DNA of 64,000 bases from Eledone cirrhosa (GCA_964016885.1 OZ024743.1:2046001-2110000); one strand, 5' to 3'; counted from the first letter of the stretch, positions 24,457 through 38,430 are shown. Notes: generated by a model from the sequence alone, not told the origin. Numbers and translations are program-made.

Positions 24457-25108
24457 CTTGGCATCAATCAGCAAGACCTTCATTAGCTGCTCTCCAGCCA
24501 TCTATTTAAAGCTGTATACATCTATGGTACGAATACACTTGGAGTTCGCGTCATCAGTCTGGACCCCTATCTTGCTCAGAACATTGACCTCCTGGAAACT
24601 GTTCAGAGACATGCAACCAAGCGCATACCCTCCATCAGACACCTACCATACCCTGAATATTTTGCTTCCCTCTGGCAATGGACTTAGTAAACACCCACAA
24701 AGTTATTAACCATCCGACCAACAACAACCCCGAACACCTTTTTGATCTCCATGTGTCTAACACGTGGACATGCCTACAAAGTCAGAAAACAACACAGCTC
24801 CCATGACTTTAGGAAATATTTCTTCATGCTCAGAGTTGCTGAAGGATGGAACAAACTTCCTGCATCAGTTGTTAGCTGATGACACACTGCATCCTTTAAA
24901 ACCATCATACATTCCGAAATACACCAAAACTACACCTGATGTCCCCCTTCCATACACATGCACATATGTGTATATCATGACTCATGCACTGTTCTTTTTT
25001 CATGACGTTTTTATATTACCCTATGTATTATATATGCACTTTTGATGAGTTGTAGTGCACCTCAGCATTGTACACAATATTTTCATTATTATTATCATTA
25101 TTATTATT
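24457..25108 (+). mobile_element. CR1/L2-like LINE 3' fragment
   Basis: LKLYTSMVRIHLEFASSVW.P...LETVQRHATKRIP C-terminal motif, GHAYK motif, and an (ATT)n tail at ~25085-25108. Confidence 0.7.
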
Positions 25109-26300
25109 ACACTCATTGATCCATTTTGCTCTAACTCTGCATCAAGCACCCTCACCTAAATATTAACCAATCAAGGATCCAATACAGCTATCTGTTGGAT
25201 GAGTATTGTATAGTGCCAAAAACGAAACCAATCAGTTTAGCAGAAAGTTTCCAGACAAGAAACACGCATATTTTGCTATCCTCAAACACGTTTACACATG
25301 GCATGAAATATAACTAATCCGAGATGGCTAGGTTTCATCTTCTAACTGGATATACGAAATCCATTATGTCTTGACAACAACATGAGGTAACATTATGTTA
25401 TTCACAGACACACTTTGTACACTGTTCCATATCAGAATGTATTTCCTTCGTCACATTCACAAACAGTATTGAAAATATGTTCTTCGGCAAATAAAAATGT
25501 TTTGTTCATAATATTTCAACTAGCGATTGCTCTACTCCACGCACGACCACCATAAATTAATGACCAGCTCAACACAAGTATTGGTAGAGCGTCATACACC
25601 ATGCTTTGCAGTATTGTTATGGTCCTTTGCATTCTAAGTTCAAATCCTGCCGAGGTTAACTTCGACTTTCATACTTACTAATTCGATAAAATAAAGTACC
25701 AGTAATGGACTGCCGTAATGGATTTGTGCCGAAAAATAGAAACACTATTAATGTGCAATAAGAGCAAAATATAACGACATTGCTCAATTATTTTATCTAA
25801 TGTTGTAATAACACAAGGAAATGTTGTTTGTGTATTTTTTTTTATATTTGCTCATAAGCTTTTACAATTTCGCTCAGCCAACAACTATTAAAAAGTGAGT
25901 TGCTTAAGATAACAATTTAATCACAAATTGTTGCTATCTTTTAATACACTCCAACAAGTCATCAAATTATGTACAATAAAAACAAATCTTATTAATTTGC
26001 TCAGGGAATATAAAGAAAATGTATATACACTGATAATTGCAATTGTATGTAAATATTTTGTTTTTGTATTGTTTATTTTATGTTTTCTATTATGTATAAT
26101 ATATTGATTTAATATTGATTGTTTTTTGTAGTTGTTTATATTAAAAGTCTGAAAATATTTTTATACATCTTACACTAATATTTATAAGATAATTTATAAT
26201 AACAATTACATAATCTAATTACATTACAACGATAATTTATTATTAATATATATCCTGTTTAACTAGAGTTATTACAAGCGTTGCCTTAAAAAAATATTAA

Positions 26301-27257
26301 ACTAGACATGAAAAATGCGCAAGCTCAAAGGTGCCACAGAATGTTATAATAAACCTTCAAAAGTGTGGGACTAGAGTTGTTGCTAAAAAATATTGTAATC
26401 ATTATATATCGTACATTCTGTGGCATCCTTTATAAAAATAGCTTAAACCAACGAAGCCTTTATTTTTACGCTATTTCACTTAGTTAATTCTTAGAGTGTA
26501 ACATATAAAAATAAATACATCTATGTTTAATGTAATAACAGCTATAAATAATTACGTAATATTATTATCATATACTCATAGTAACAAAATAATCGTGTTG
26601 AAAATTAATATGATGCTTATATGAACGATCAAATCTATAATGATAATTTCTTAAATATACTAATAGTAAAATAATTTAGTTATCTATTGTTACATTTTCA
26701 TAGAACTATAATATTAACAATCGTATTGCATTATCAAATTTTTATCACTACAAACTTTCATATTGGAATTACCTTAAGCCACTTATTATTACTTCGCTTT
26801 CGTACTTTTACAGCTGTAGATATTGCGCTGTATCTTATATCTAATATCAATATCTCATGGTAATTTGCATGCAGTGTAAAATAGGTTTATTAATAACTTT
26901 AATATGAAATGTATTATACAGGGCTGCGGAGTCGGCCAAAAATTGACTGGCTCCAACTCAGGATCCGATACTCCATTATTTCCTAAATTTCAGCTCCGCA
27001 GCTCTGTTATTATATTAATTAATTTATTTTATAGTTGTAAATCATATTTTTATATGTTACACTCTAAGAATTAACTAAGTGAAATAGCGTAAAAATAAAG
27101 GCTTCGTTGGTTTAAACTATTTTTATAAAGGATGCCACAGAATGTACGATATATAATGATTACAATATTTTTTAGCAACAACTCTAGTCCCACACTTTTG
27201 AAGGTTTATTATAACATTCTGTGGCACCTTTGAGCTTGCGCATTTTTCATGTCTAGT
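26301..27257. repeat. Long inverted repeat (213-bp arms, ~530-bp spacer)
   Basis: 26301-26513 is the reverse complement of 27045-27257; I saw one mismatch. Confidence 0.9.
26919..27006. mobile_element. Short hAT-like MITE
   Basis: TIRs CAGGGCTGCGGAG / CTCCGCAGCTCTG, flanked by a near-identical 8-mer (gtattata / ttattata). Confidence 0.55.
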
Positions 27258-29441
27258 ATAGATGTGTGTGTGTGTGAATATCTATTAAATTAAGATCCTA
27301 TTAATTTAACTGCATTCTTTCACTTAAGTTATTATATTGGAAGAGACAAGAGAAGAAATGAAAAACAAATTGTATTTCCAGCCGGGGGGGGGGGGGGCGT
27401 GTGTTAAGTTCAAAATTTTAAGTACTTTGTTAAAAACATAACATACACATACTATAGAGAGTTAATTCTTCTTTAAGTATAAACATTTATCTCTTTATCA
27501 TCGCCGTATAACACAATAGGTGAGAATCCTTGATAGAGAAAAGTTAGGAACCACTGCTCTAAATTGATTTATCTACGACTACATTAACTAATATGTCCTT
27601 TTTGAGTTTGTTGAAAATTATAATGTATGGGTGGAGGGAGTTGGGTAGCTATTTTCAGCATGAGGTAAACGAAGTGAAAACTGATGACTAAGTTTTAAAT
27701 AATTTTTAATTGTTCCCCCTTATACAGAGTTGCTTCCCTTGAATTCTTTTTTTAAATAAAAATATTCTTTTTTTTTATAAGAATGTTGATATGTATAACA
27801 TATATAACATAGTACTTACTGCTATCTTAGATATATCATCTACACCTGTGCATAAATCGCATCTCCATTTTACATACATTTACAATATACTATATATTTT
27901 GAACTGAAGTTTAAGTAGGTTCAGCAGATAAGTCGCATGTGAGGAGGGGTAGTGCGCATGTAGTTGTGTGCAGTTGTGTGGCTGTTTCAACTAAATAGTA
28001 GACAGCATCGCTGAATGGCTAAGGAGTTCGGTTTGCAATCTTAAGGTCCCGGGATCGATACAATTGCTTGGTATCTTGAGCGTCATACTACACCAAACTC
28101 TCTTCCAAACCCCTCTCTATATCAATTAACACCAAACTCTACCCCTCTCTATATCTACTACACGGAACTCTCTTCCAATCCCCCTCTCTACATCTACATG
28201 TACATAAATTGTAGCACATATGCAAATGGATGTTTTGGTTGTTTGGGGAATATAATATAATTATGGGGTGGGGGGCGTATGGCCCTGTGGCCCCCCAGTT
28301 CCACTGCCCCTATAAGTTATGCACCCCATATCACAAGTGAAATAATTTCAACATACACTTTGGTTAGTTAACGAACATATTTTTTTACACATCTTACTCT
28401 AATCACATCAAGAAAATTACTAAGCTTGCATATTTCCACTTCCAGCCGAACAAATCCTATGACAGGTTTAACATAATACAACTTTCTCTTCCACAATGCT
28501 CTTAAACAGCAAACATGTTTAATAATTTATTTATTGATCACAGGAACTTATTATATATTTAATTTAATTATCCAAATTTGTAAAACATTGAAGTCCTTTA
28601 ATATTCAGTAATATGGTTCTCTGAGATCTGCAGTCTTGGTGTCAAGCTGGCCTTAATGATAGTGTCAACTCTGACCATAGGACTTCTGCTAGAGAACCAC
28701 TTCAATCTATACCTTCATATCGCATTATAGAAAACTAATTCACACAACAGAACATGAGGAAATGTTAGAAGGTTTTTGTTTTATTTGTACTAATTCACAT
28801 ATCTCGTTTAGTAGCATATGTGAATTCATTTTGATGACAAAATAATGATTTCTACTATAGGCACAAGGCCAGCAATTTTTTTTTTTTTTTTTAACGAAGG
28901 GGGGGGGGGTCCATCAGGTCGATCAAAGTGTATTACTGGTGCTTTATTTAATCGATCCCGTAAGGATGAATGGCAAAGTTAACCTCGGCAGGATTTGAAC
29001 TCAGAATGTAAAGAGTCGTAACTCTATGCCACGAAAATAATAATAAAGTAGCGTATCAGCTGAATTTCAGACTAGCATTTTAACTGGAAATCACGTTCCC
29101 CCTCTCACGTTTGGCCCACTGTACCTTTCCCCCAGGACGTAATGACTTTTTTGTGTCCTTGGGTTTCAGCCCTTTATTATAATGGATGAAATTTGATTAT
29201 CTTTGATTTTTTGAAAATTCTATAATATCATTATTGATTGTGTATTCTGGTGATTGTTACCAGCTGGAACTGTTGAGAATACATAGTATTCTCAAATGTA
29301 TACATCGGCTGATTAGCCTCATTTGCATACCGAGCGATTTTACGACCGGCTTTGCCGAAAATAAAAAAAACGAAATTTGTTTTCATTCTTAACATGTTGG
29401 ATACCTAAATGTATTCGTGAGAGATAATAATATTATAATAA

Positions 29442-29615
29442 CTGTTTCTATTTTTGGCACAAAGCCAGCAATTACCCAGTGCATTACTGGTACTTTACTT
29501 TATCTACCCGTAAAGATAAAAGGCAAAGTTAACCTCGGCGGGATTTGAACTCAGACCGTAAAGAGACGTAACTCTATGCTGCAAAGCATGGCGTCCGACT
29601 CTCTACTGATACTGC
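29442..29615 (-). mobile_element. tRNA-derived SINE
   Basis: Reverse complement of the SINE consensus; another copy lies at ~28850-29030. Confidence 0.8.
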
Positions 29616-29633
29616 ATAAAATCATTAATAATA

Positions 29634-32600
29634 CTAGCAGTAGAACCCCCCCCCCCCTCCGGGCGGTTTTCTGCTAGCATGTATAGTGTGTATATTGATA
29701 TACGCAAATATATATGCACATAGATATAATACGTAAATAGATATAATACGTATTGACAATATGCACATAAACTGAACAAAGACTGTGTTACACTTACTTC
29801 TGTAATCAGTAAAGTAATCCATGATACATTTTTAAAAAAGCGATAACAGAGATGGAAAAGCGATGAAACCGTTGACGGAAAATGTTCACGAATCTTCACT
29901 TGAAAATGTCGATGGGTCGCTTCAAGCAGTGAATTTGAAAATAGATGCTACTGGTATGAATGAATGAATTACATTTACCAATATGAAGAGTTGACCTTCG
30001 CTATATTGTTGTTTTACTGTATTCACATATAGACTTCTTAGGTTTTTGTAGTGTCCCTTTTCTAGCAGTTAAAAAGAAACTGAAATGCATTTCAACTAAA
30101 AGAGAGTGATAGCTGTTTCTCGTCACTGTAGAATTTCTTTGTAGACACAGTTGTCAGCAAACAGACCCCGTTCATTTAATATTTTAATATTTTCTTATTT
30201 TGTAACTCGTGATAATGCAACATACATTTGACCATGTGAAAAGAATTGTGTTGGTAGATATACACCTATCTTTTCAAATGTCTGTCCTTGTGCCTTGTTG
30301 CATGGTAAGGGCAAAGGCTGGTTTGACAGGAAATTGCTTGCGAGTAAAGGTGAAAGGGAACTAAAGCTCTTGAGATACATGTGGTATCCTTGGGATTAGC
30401 AACCTTGTTCCAGCATTGGGACCCAATGCCACTTTAGCTTCGATTACATGATTATGTAAACTGATGATGATGTAGCGTGTACCATTGCAATGCCCGTTTA
30501 GAGGATCCAGATTTCTCAGAAGCATGATGCAACTGCCTTTCTTCAGTTTAAGTATGTGTGTTGGGAAGCCTGATGGGGTAAGTTTGTTGATGAAATCAAT
30601 TGGATATTGCAGTTCATTATCTACTGGCGGTGGATTGGCAGTATCGGTAGAGAGTCGGACGCCATGCTTTCCAGCATAGTTACGTCCCTTTACGGTCTGA
30701 GTTCAAATCTCGCCGAGGTTAACTTTGCCTTTCATCCTTACGGGGTCGATAAAATAAAGTACCAGTAATGTACTGGGTAATTGCTGGCCTTGTGCCAAAA
30801 GTAGAAACAATTATCTACTGTATGAGAGCTTCTGTAGATTATTTCATGACCAGGGAACTTGTTGACCATGAACTCATTCACCAATCTTGCTGCATCATTT
30901 GTTGGAGTGATAATGGCTCTATTTGCAAGCCATAGTGGGTTTGTGTAGTTTCCTGGAAGATTTGTATTCACAAAATCACACAGGCCAGATACATTACCAT
31001 ATTCCAGACAAAGTTCATTTGGCAGAAGAATTGTGAATGCACCTACAGTTGGAATAGTTGGAATGCTACCATTTCCCACATCAAGAAGGTAGTTTGCAAA
31101 CTGTCTTTCATCAGAATTCTCTGTATTAATTAACAGTTGATTGGTTGTCATCTCCATGGTTTCCACATAGTCCCAGAGATAGGATCTCTTGTGGGTTGCC
31201 TCAACTATTTGTGGTCTAGCACCATGATGTACAACTGGAAGAATTTGCTTCTAGTCACCAGATAGTATTACTGTTAGACCACCAAATGGCTTTTTGCAAT
31301 CTCGAACATCTTTGAAGCTCCTGTCAAGGCATTCAAAGATATGCTTTTGTCCCATACCTATCTCATCAATGATTAGCAGGTCAGCTTGCTGCATAAGTTT
31401 ACCTGTGTCATCCCTCTTTGTGAAGAAGCAAGTTGATTCAGCAGTTACATTGAGAGGAATCTTGCACTTGGAATGAAGAGTTCTACCTTTGTGAAGCAAA
31501 GTGGCTGCTATTCCAGATATGGCAGTGGCAAGTGCAATTTTTCTTTTTAGATCGGAGGTAATCCAATAGGATGTTTATGACATAGGTCTTTCCTGTACCT
31601 GCACTTGCATTCAAGCAGAAAATTCTGCCTTCATTTTCATTTACAGATGTGATTACTTTGTGAAAAAAACCAGTTGCTCAGGATTCAATGTTGGCAGAAG
31701 TTCATTTATGTTTGCTTGCAGTTGGTGTGTATTGAAATCAGTTTCTGCCTTAAGAACCCTGTTGATTTCTGGTATGGCAACAATAGTTGGATCTGGCCGA
31801 GGAAGTCCATAGTTGGCATGAATGTCCAATCCATCATGTTGAAGTCTTTGTTGGATCTTCTGTAGAACAATCTGCACGGTTTGCATGGACATGACTTGCT
31901 CACGACGTTCATGCATGATATCCTCTGCAAGACAATTCTTCCATTTCTCCTAGAACTGTAGAGGGTCATTTGGCATGCTGTACAATAAAATGGTGCAGAA
32001 GATCTCTCGCAGCTGAGGACCAAGCGTAATGGATGAGGCCTCTGCCATAGCTTTGTCTTTTTCTCCATCTTCATCTAACAGACCAAGTTTCCTGCATGCT
32101 TCTTCGAATGTTGGAAATTCAACTCCTTCAATTGTCCTCAATTCTTTGTATGAAGTTGACCCAGCCTTGTGATGTAGGATCATTCTGAGGTAATATAATT
32201 CAGATTGATGTCTACTGAGAGATACTGTTGGAATGCGTCCAAGAGATTCACTCATAAATTGTTGATCACCATCCAGATGTCCCTTTTTTACTTCTTTGCC
32301 ACTTTTTGTTTGTCCAAGTGAAATATTTAGGAATATCAATATACAATATGTTTTGTGCTAGTGGCTCTCTAATATTCAGTTGAAAATATTCCGTCAACTT
32401 AATCATTTGCTGTCCCCTAGGAACAACACTTTCTTCCTGTCCTCGCTCATACACGACCATTTGTTCCCCAGGTAAATGGCAAGGCAACTTTTCAACTGGC
32501 GGTTTTCGATGATGTAATGGAAATTTATACATTCTCCAGAATGCTTCACTGGCTGAGATATACCGTGCATTGATATAGGTCTCAATCTCATTTTGGGCAT

Positions 32601-34600
32601 GGACACAATTTCCTTGATCATCCTTAATAGTGAAAGTGATCTTGTCTGATCCTTTCATGATGTACTTATATAAGTACTTAACAGCCTTGACACTGTGGAC
32701 AACCTCACAATTGATGTGGCACTGATATCTCAATGAGAGGAAAGGGTTGTATGGAACAATCCAACGATTATCAACAGTAAATTATTGACCTTTAAGTTGG
32801 ATTGTATGGGTGTGACCACCATGCTGTCTATCTCTTCTTCTATACTCCGGAAATGTGGTTTGTCTGAATGACTTGGGATAACTTTTTGAGCAATGGCGTT
32901 GTTGTCTTAGCCCTTCCATACATGGGCACATCATATTAGCTTGTCCACATGGGCCATGAATGTTGCAGGATGTGATGATCTTATGCAGAATTGGATTGGT
33001 CTCTTTATCAGGAATCTCACAGTATACTACCTGATCAATGGCATCAGCAGTTTGGGGTTTGCTATTTTCAGCCATTATCAGCAGAATATGAGCATGAGTG
33101 AGGTCTCATTTCTGCCACTCTATTGTAGCAGAATGAGCTACAACTTTTCCTAGGACATTATTTTTCAGTATGTCATCCATGAGGCTGTCATACTTGATCT
33201 TGAAGACTCTTGCACAAATATCAGGACGGTCTCTAGGTTCTTGACCAGGGTGAAAACTATTTTTTATTTCATCCCAGTTAGGGTTAGTTGTTACCGTGAT
33301 GAAATAAGATGGCTTTCCCGTGTGTCGAACCACAGTCATCGAATTCTGAAAGCACTCACTGTAGAAGCGAGGGGAACCATAGATTGAAGGAAGAAGAATA
33401 ATTCTCCGGTCTGCATTTACTGAATCTCCTTCAGCCACAGCATCATACAAACCCTCGTACTTTTCAGCTCGTACCATGGTTTGATTGTTGCGGGCCCATT
33501 TGAGGCGACAATGTTCTATTTTTGCCTGGGCATCTACAGCATATTGCTGCATCAGCCGCCTGCTTTTCATGATAATATTACAGTTACCTTGCCTAACCTG
33601 AAACCGATAACAGTAGAAATCAGTGGGTGTGAGTGTCTGGTTGTTGTCAATCCTTTTCAAACCATCCTGAAACCCATCATTCCCCCAAGGAAACAGCATC
33701 ACGTAATGCAGAGGATCATAAGAACGGTACAACTGGTGAATCCTCTGAAGACCACCATCTCTTTTATGAATGATGACATCCAAAAGACTTAATGCTGTAT
33801 CAGGTTGAATAACAGCAATCTCAGATGCCATGGGAAGATTATATGTGCGACAATGAAAATCACTGGGTTTTACTTTGTCAGCATGTAGGACAATATTCAC
33901 ATTTTCAGAGACTGGCATTCCAGTGACTGCCTTGAAGCTTCTTATATAGGTGTTGCAGTAGTGCAAGTTTTTTTTCAGGTCCTGCAGAACAGCAGCATCT
34001 AAATTAGCATGGTGCAAGCGGTTCTGAAGCTCATGGTCTGTATCATAGAAGTAAAGCTGCGCAAACTTTGGTGAAGCATCACTTGGAAGTAGTGATCCAA
34101 TAATATGACAAATCTTACCTTGGATCTTAAATGTGGGACTAAATCCTGGTGCTTTAATCTCTTTGCAACCAATTGAAGCTAAGGCAAGCACATTGTTATA
34201 TGCCCGTATCTTATGGAGAAAATAATTTCCTGCTTGAGTGATAGCGAAATATTTCAGTATATTTGGTGGAGGAGGAGGAAATTGAGGGAGTTTCCCTTTT
34301 CCCTGGAAGCAACACAAAGATTTGGGTTCATGTGACCAGAGAAGAGACTCCCTGCATTATGTTGTGGCATTATGGAAAGAACAGTTTGCTCTTGGAAAGG
34401 TTCCTCTGTAGGATTCTTTGCCAGACCTTCAATAGACCTGTTCCTTCCTCTCTGAACGTTTGGTGTATTTGTTACAAGTTGTTGTTAGTGTGTTAACTGA
34501 ATTACATTTGTAGAAATTTGTTGGGATGTTGTAGAGCGATTATTGTTTGATTGATTTGCCCTCATCTCTCTTTGTCGTTGTGCGTCTGTTGCCATTCGTT
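29634..34600 (-). mobile_element. Decayed autonomous-type Helitron (Rep/HUH plus Pif1 helicase)
   Basis: Frameshifted ORF from ATG ~34595 to TGA ~30123. It has Helitron N-terminal motifs (IRAYNN, FAQLYFYD, YDPLHY), HUH EWQK..HAHILL, KYLYKYIMKG, Walker A ASAGTGKT, Walker B LIIDE and [22 protein letters not shown] hairpin and CTAG|T 3' end lie at 29634-29677. Confidence 0.9.
30626..30810 (+). mobile_element. Full-length SINE inserted into the Helitron helicase, with TSD
   Basis: Flanked by ATTATCTACTG at 30616-30626 and 30810-30820. Removing it restores ...SSHTVDNELQYPIDFINKLTPSG... Confidence 0.9.
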
Positions 34601-34697
34601 GGGATTTAGATGTTCACTTTCTGTCATGTATGTATAAATATATGTTATCTCTACGGTGAAATCTTAGAAATAAATATATGTTAAAACAAAAATATAA

Positions 34698-34801
<104 letters not shown>

Positions 34802-34831
34802 TGTATAAGTAGAAAGGAAAAGAAAATGGTG

Positions 34832-36010
34832 ACACTCAGTGCTATTTTTCTGTATTCCTGTATTTTGATTTGGGATCTATGGACAGTCATGCGTTGGCGG
34901 AGGCTGTTTTTAGTCTGGCCTATGTATTGTTCTCGACAACCTGAGCAAGTTAATACATATATTAGGTTTTCTGATGCGCATGTGAAATTGTGTTTTACTA
35001 TAAAACGTTGTCCTTGTTTGAAGTAGAATTCCGAACACTCTATTAGGTTGATGCAGTACTTTGGCATGTGTTAGGATGTTTTTCATTGACTTAGATTGTC
35101 TTTTGCTCTTTATGATATCGTGTGTTCGAAGGATTTGGTTCATTCTATGGTCCTTTTTTAATACAGGGATGTTCTGGAGGATGGTGTCAAAGGCCTCATT
35201 GTTGAGGGTGTTGTGTGTGGAGATGTATGGAAGAGCTTTTAGTTTCGCTTGGTTAATTTTAGGGTGTCTAAGGTCCTGGGTACTGAGTTTTAGAGCACGT
35301 AGGATTCCATTGTCAATTAGTGATGCAGGGTAGTCCCTGCTTATGAGTGTGTCCTTTAGTTCTTGTAGACGTAAGTAACAGGTGTTTTTATTGGAGACTA
35401 TAGTACAGATTCTCTTGGCTAAGTTGTAGGGAATATTAATTTTAACGTGTCTAGGGTGGCATGAATTGAAAGGAAGATATTGCTTGGAGTCTGTGGGCTT
35501 GTAGTATATGTCTGTTTCTATTTTTTGTTATGAATCTTAATGAGAATGTCGAGGAAGGGAAGTTGTTGATGGCTGTATTCCATTGTAAAATTAATATTCG
35601 TGTTGAGCCCATTTATAAGGGTGTGAAATTCTTTAAGTTTCTCGATGTTTTCGTGCCAAAGGATGAAGCAGTCATCTAGATATCTCTTCCAGTTCGTTTC
35701 CAGGTATCTCATGACTAGGTTAGCATAAGTGGGGGCCGTTTTCGTTCCCATAACGGTCCCAGATGTCTGCCTATAGAATTTGTTATTGAAAACGAAGTAA
35801 TTATTCTCCAAAATAAATTTGAGTCCCTCTATCACGAATTCTTTTTTGATGCGTTGTGGGAGTTCATTGTGGTAATTATCCAGCCAGAATTGGATAGCTT
35901 CTATTCCTAGGTTGTGGGGGATTTGGAGTATAGGTTGACTACATCGAGCGTCACTAGCAGGGTTTGTTCAGTAAGGGGTATATTAGGGAGGCGGTTGAGC
36001 ATTTGAGCAT
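34832..36010 (-). mobile_element. Penelope-like element fragment (RT plus GIY-YIG endonuclease)
   Basis: FYRQTSGTVMGTKTAPTYANL, WKRYLDD, LPFLD, DIYYKPT and FTC.SENLIYVLTCSGCREQYIGQT...RMTVHR; frameshifted and internally deleted. Confidence 0.88.
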
Positions 36011-36153
36011 TGTTGTTATGACAATACTATACATCATTTCACCGCTTTTGTTATTGATGTTATTGATATTCTTTTGAGAGAATCGTTTTTGCAAATGACT
36101 GAAAATATCGAATAAGGTACGCCATTTTTACCAGAACCACAAAAATACTGGCC

Positions 36154-36157
<4 letters not shown>

Positions 36158-36217
<60 letters not shown>

Positions 36218-36240
36218 TACACACACATGCATGTGCACAC
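36158..36240. repeat. (CA)n microsatellite
   Basis: Directly visible. Confidence 0.95.
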
Positions 36241-36349
36241 ACTTCTCCGTATGAGACAAGAGCTGAAAAATATGTTTCAATATGTTAAAATACCCGCCCC
36301 ACACACATACACACACACATTCCTACTGACAGATTCATTTCCATTATCA

Positions 36350-36528
36350 CTGGCAGTATCAGTAGAGGGTCGGACGCCATGCTTTCCAGCATAGTTACGT
36401 CCCTTTACGATCTGAGTTCAAATCCCGCCGAGGTTGACTTTGCCTTTCATCCTTACGGGGTCGATAAAATAAAGTACCAGTAATGCACTGGGTTATTGTT
36501 GGCCTTGTGCCTAAAGTAGAAACAATTA
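36350..36528 (+). mobile_element. tRNA-derived SINE
   Basis: Matches the SINE consensus. Confidence 0.85.
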
Positions 36529-36551
36529 TCACAACAATGAACCACTTTGCT

Positions 36552-36591
<40 letters not shown>

Positions 36592-37291
36592 GGCAACATT
36601 GAGGACCGAGTAAGTTAGATCGCAGATATAAAAGACAGCGCGAAGCGAAAACCAACCAAACAGTGAGTGTGTTCTGTTATTAATTCTGGCAATATTACGC
36701 AAATATGACCCTCCCCAAATATAACAATATATATATATATATATATATATGTCTTAATAGACACCGGAACTGTTGACCTATCAACATGACTGCAACTGAA
36801 TCAAGCGGAAAAGGACACTCTTCGACAAACCTACATTTGGCGCGAAACCAACTCACGCTAAAATCAATTTAAACATTCACGTGATTTCTACCGACCAATC
36901 AAAATTGTTTTGACTACAAGAATTTTTGCAACACGAATTGGCGCGAAATTTATAGTGCTTATTCACGTGACATTCAACAACCAACCAAATCTTAATACAT
37001 TCCAAGCCACTTTTTTCATATAAAACAGGAAGAATTTCCAAAACTGATCAGATTAGAGCAAAAATCACGAGCACTCTATCTAAAAATTATTTTTGAAAAG
37101 CATAAGAAATGCGCAACCGGTAAAAACTTAAAACTAAAACTGAATACTAACTAATACTTATTACTAATTTATACTTTTTCCTAATTAAACTATTTTTCAC
37201 TGGGAAAAATTTGTCAGCATTTTCTTTTCCTTTCTACTAATATATCACAACTCGTGTGTCACAACTCTATTTTTTTAAATATATATATATA

Positions 37292-37916
37292 CGAGGTGTG
37301 TTAGAAAAGTTCCAGGACTGATGTCACAAAAGATTTATTTCAAACCCAAACTTCACACTAAGAGTTTTCTCCTTCAAAGTAACCCCCCTGGAATATGTAA
37401 CTGTAATCTTAGCTCTCTGCAGCGATCAAACTTTTTTCATAATTTTATATACATGTCCTCTGTTTCAGGTCGTCAAGCAATGAGCACAGAACAACGAACA
37501 AACTTGAAAACTCCGTCAGAAGCACTGGGATTGCTATAGCAAGTGTATGGAGATGAGACGCTCACGTGTTTTTGAGTGGTGCAAGAGGTTTAAAAAAGGA
37601 CATCCTCGAACGTCTTGAAACCGAACCAGACTTGCTAGGGACAGTCATCACCGGTGATGAGTCATGGATCTTCGAGTACGACCCGGAGGGGACCCGTTTT
37701 GAAGACGTGGACGACATCAAAAAGGCCGTGACGACGAAACTGCGGAGGATCCCGGAAGAATCCTTCCAGGAGTGCATGCAAGTGTGTCAGAAAAGGATAG
37801 AAAAGTGCATTAGACTCCAGAGGGATTACTTTGAAGGAGAAAACTCTTAGTGTGAAGTTTGGGTTTGAAATAAATCTTTTGTGACATCAGTCCTGGAACT
37901 TTTCTGACCCACCTCG
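37292..37916 (+). mobile_element. Internally deleted mariner (Tc1/mariner) element with ~100-bp terminal inverted repeats
   Basis: TA|CGAGGTG...CACCTCG|TA ends. Transposase remnants MSTEQRTNLK, VITGDESWIFEYDPE and RFEDVDDIK...CI...DYFEG. Confidence 0.9.
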
Positions 37917-37934
37917 TATATATCTGTCACAATC

Positions 37935-38430
37935 ATAAAGCATGGCTTGGACGCTGCAGGCTCGAGCCGGTGGGGCTGGGCCGAGGGGATGCCAACAGGT
38001 CAGACGGTATGACCATCTTCCCGTTCTGCGGCGGCAAAACCCTCGTCTGGGATGCCACTTTCTCCAGCCGAAACCTGGTGCAATCTGCGACTAACCCAGG
38101 TACTGCTGCACGTCGGGCTGAGGAGGCCAAACTCTCCAAGTACCGGTCGCTCTCCGACAGGTTCGCGGTCGTGCCCTTGGCAATGGAGACTGCTGATGTC
38201 TTTGGTCCCTAGGGCTACCTCCCTATTCACCTCCATAGGCGCTGAGCTGGCCAGCCGCAGGTGTGAGCCTTGCGAGTTGGAATGGCTCTTCCAGCGCATC
38301 TCCCTTACCATCCTCCGAGGAAACGCTTTCTCCATTCTGTCCGCCAGGGCTGTGGGGAGGCCAGCACGTTGGGACCCCATTTGTTCACCATACAGATTAA
38401 TAGGCAAAGTTATAGACTATTGTAAATAAA
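37935..38430 (+). mobile_element. 3' fragment of an RLE-type (CRE-clade-like) non-LTR retrotransposon
   Basis: EP.GL.RGD.NRSDG...WDAT...AE..KLSKY...VPLAMET...FQRISLTILRGNA, a restriction-like endonuclease signature; GC-rich, one in-frame stop. Confidence 0.7.

Noticed and set aside
28004-28080. tRNA-like sequence
   Set aside because: Only degenerate A/B boxes with no proper acceptor stem; likely a SINE head (similar to ~5520-5590).
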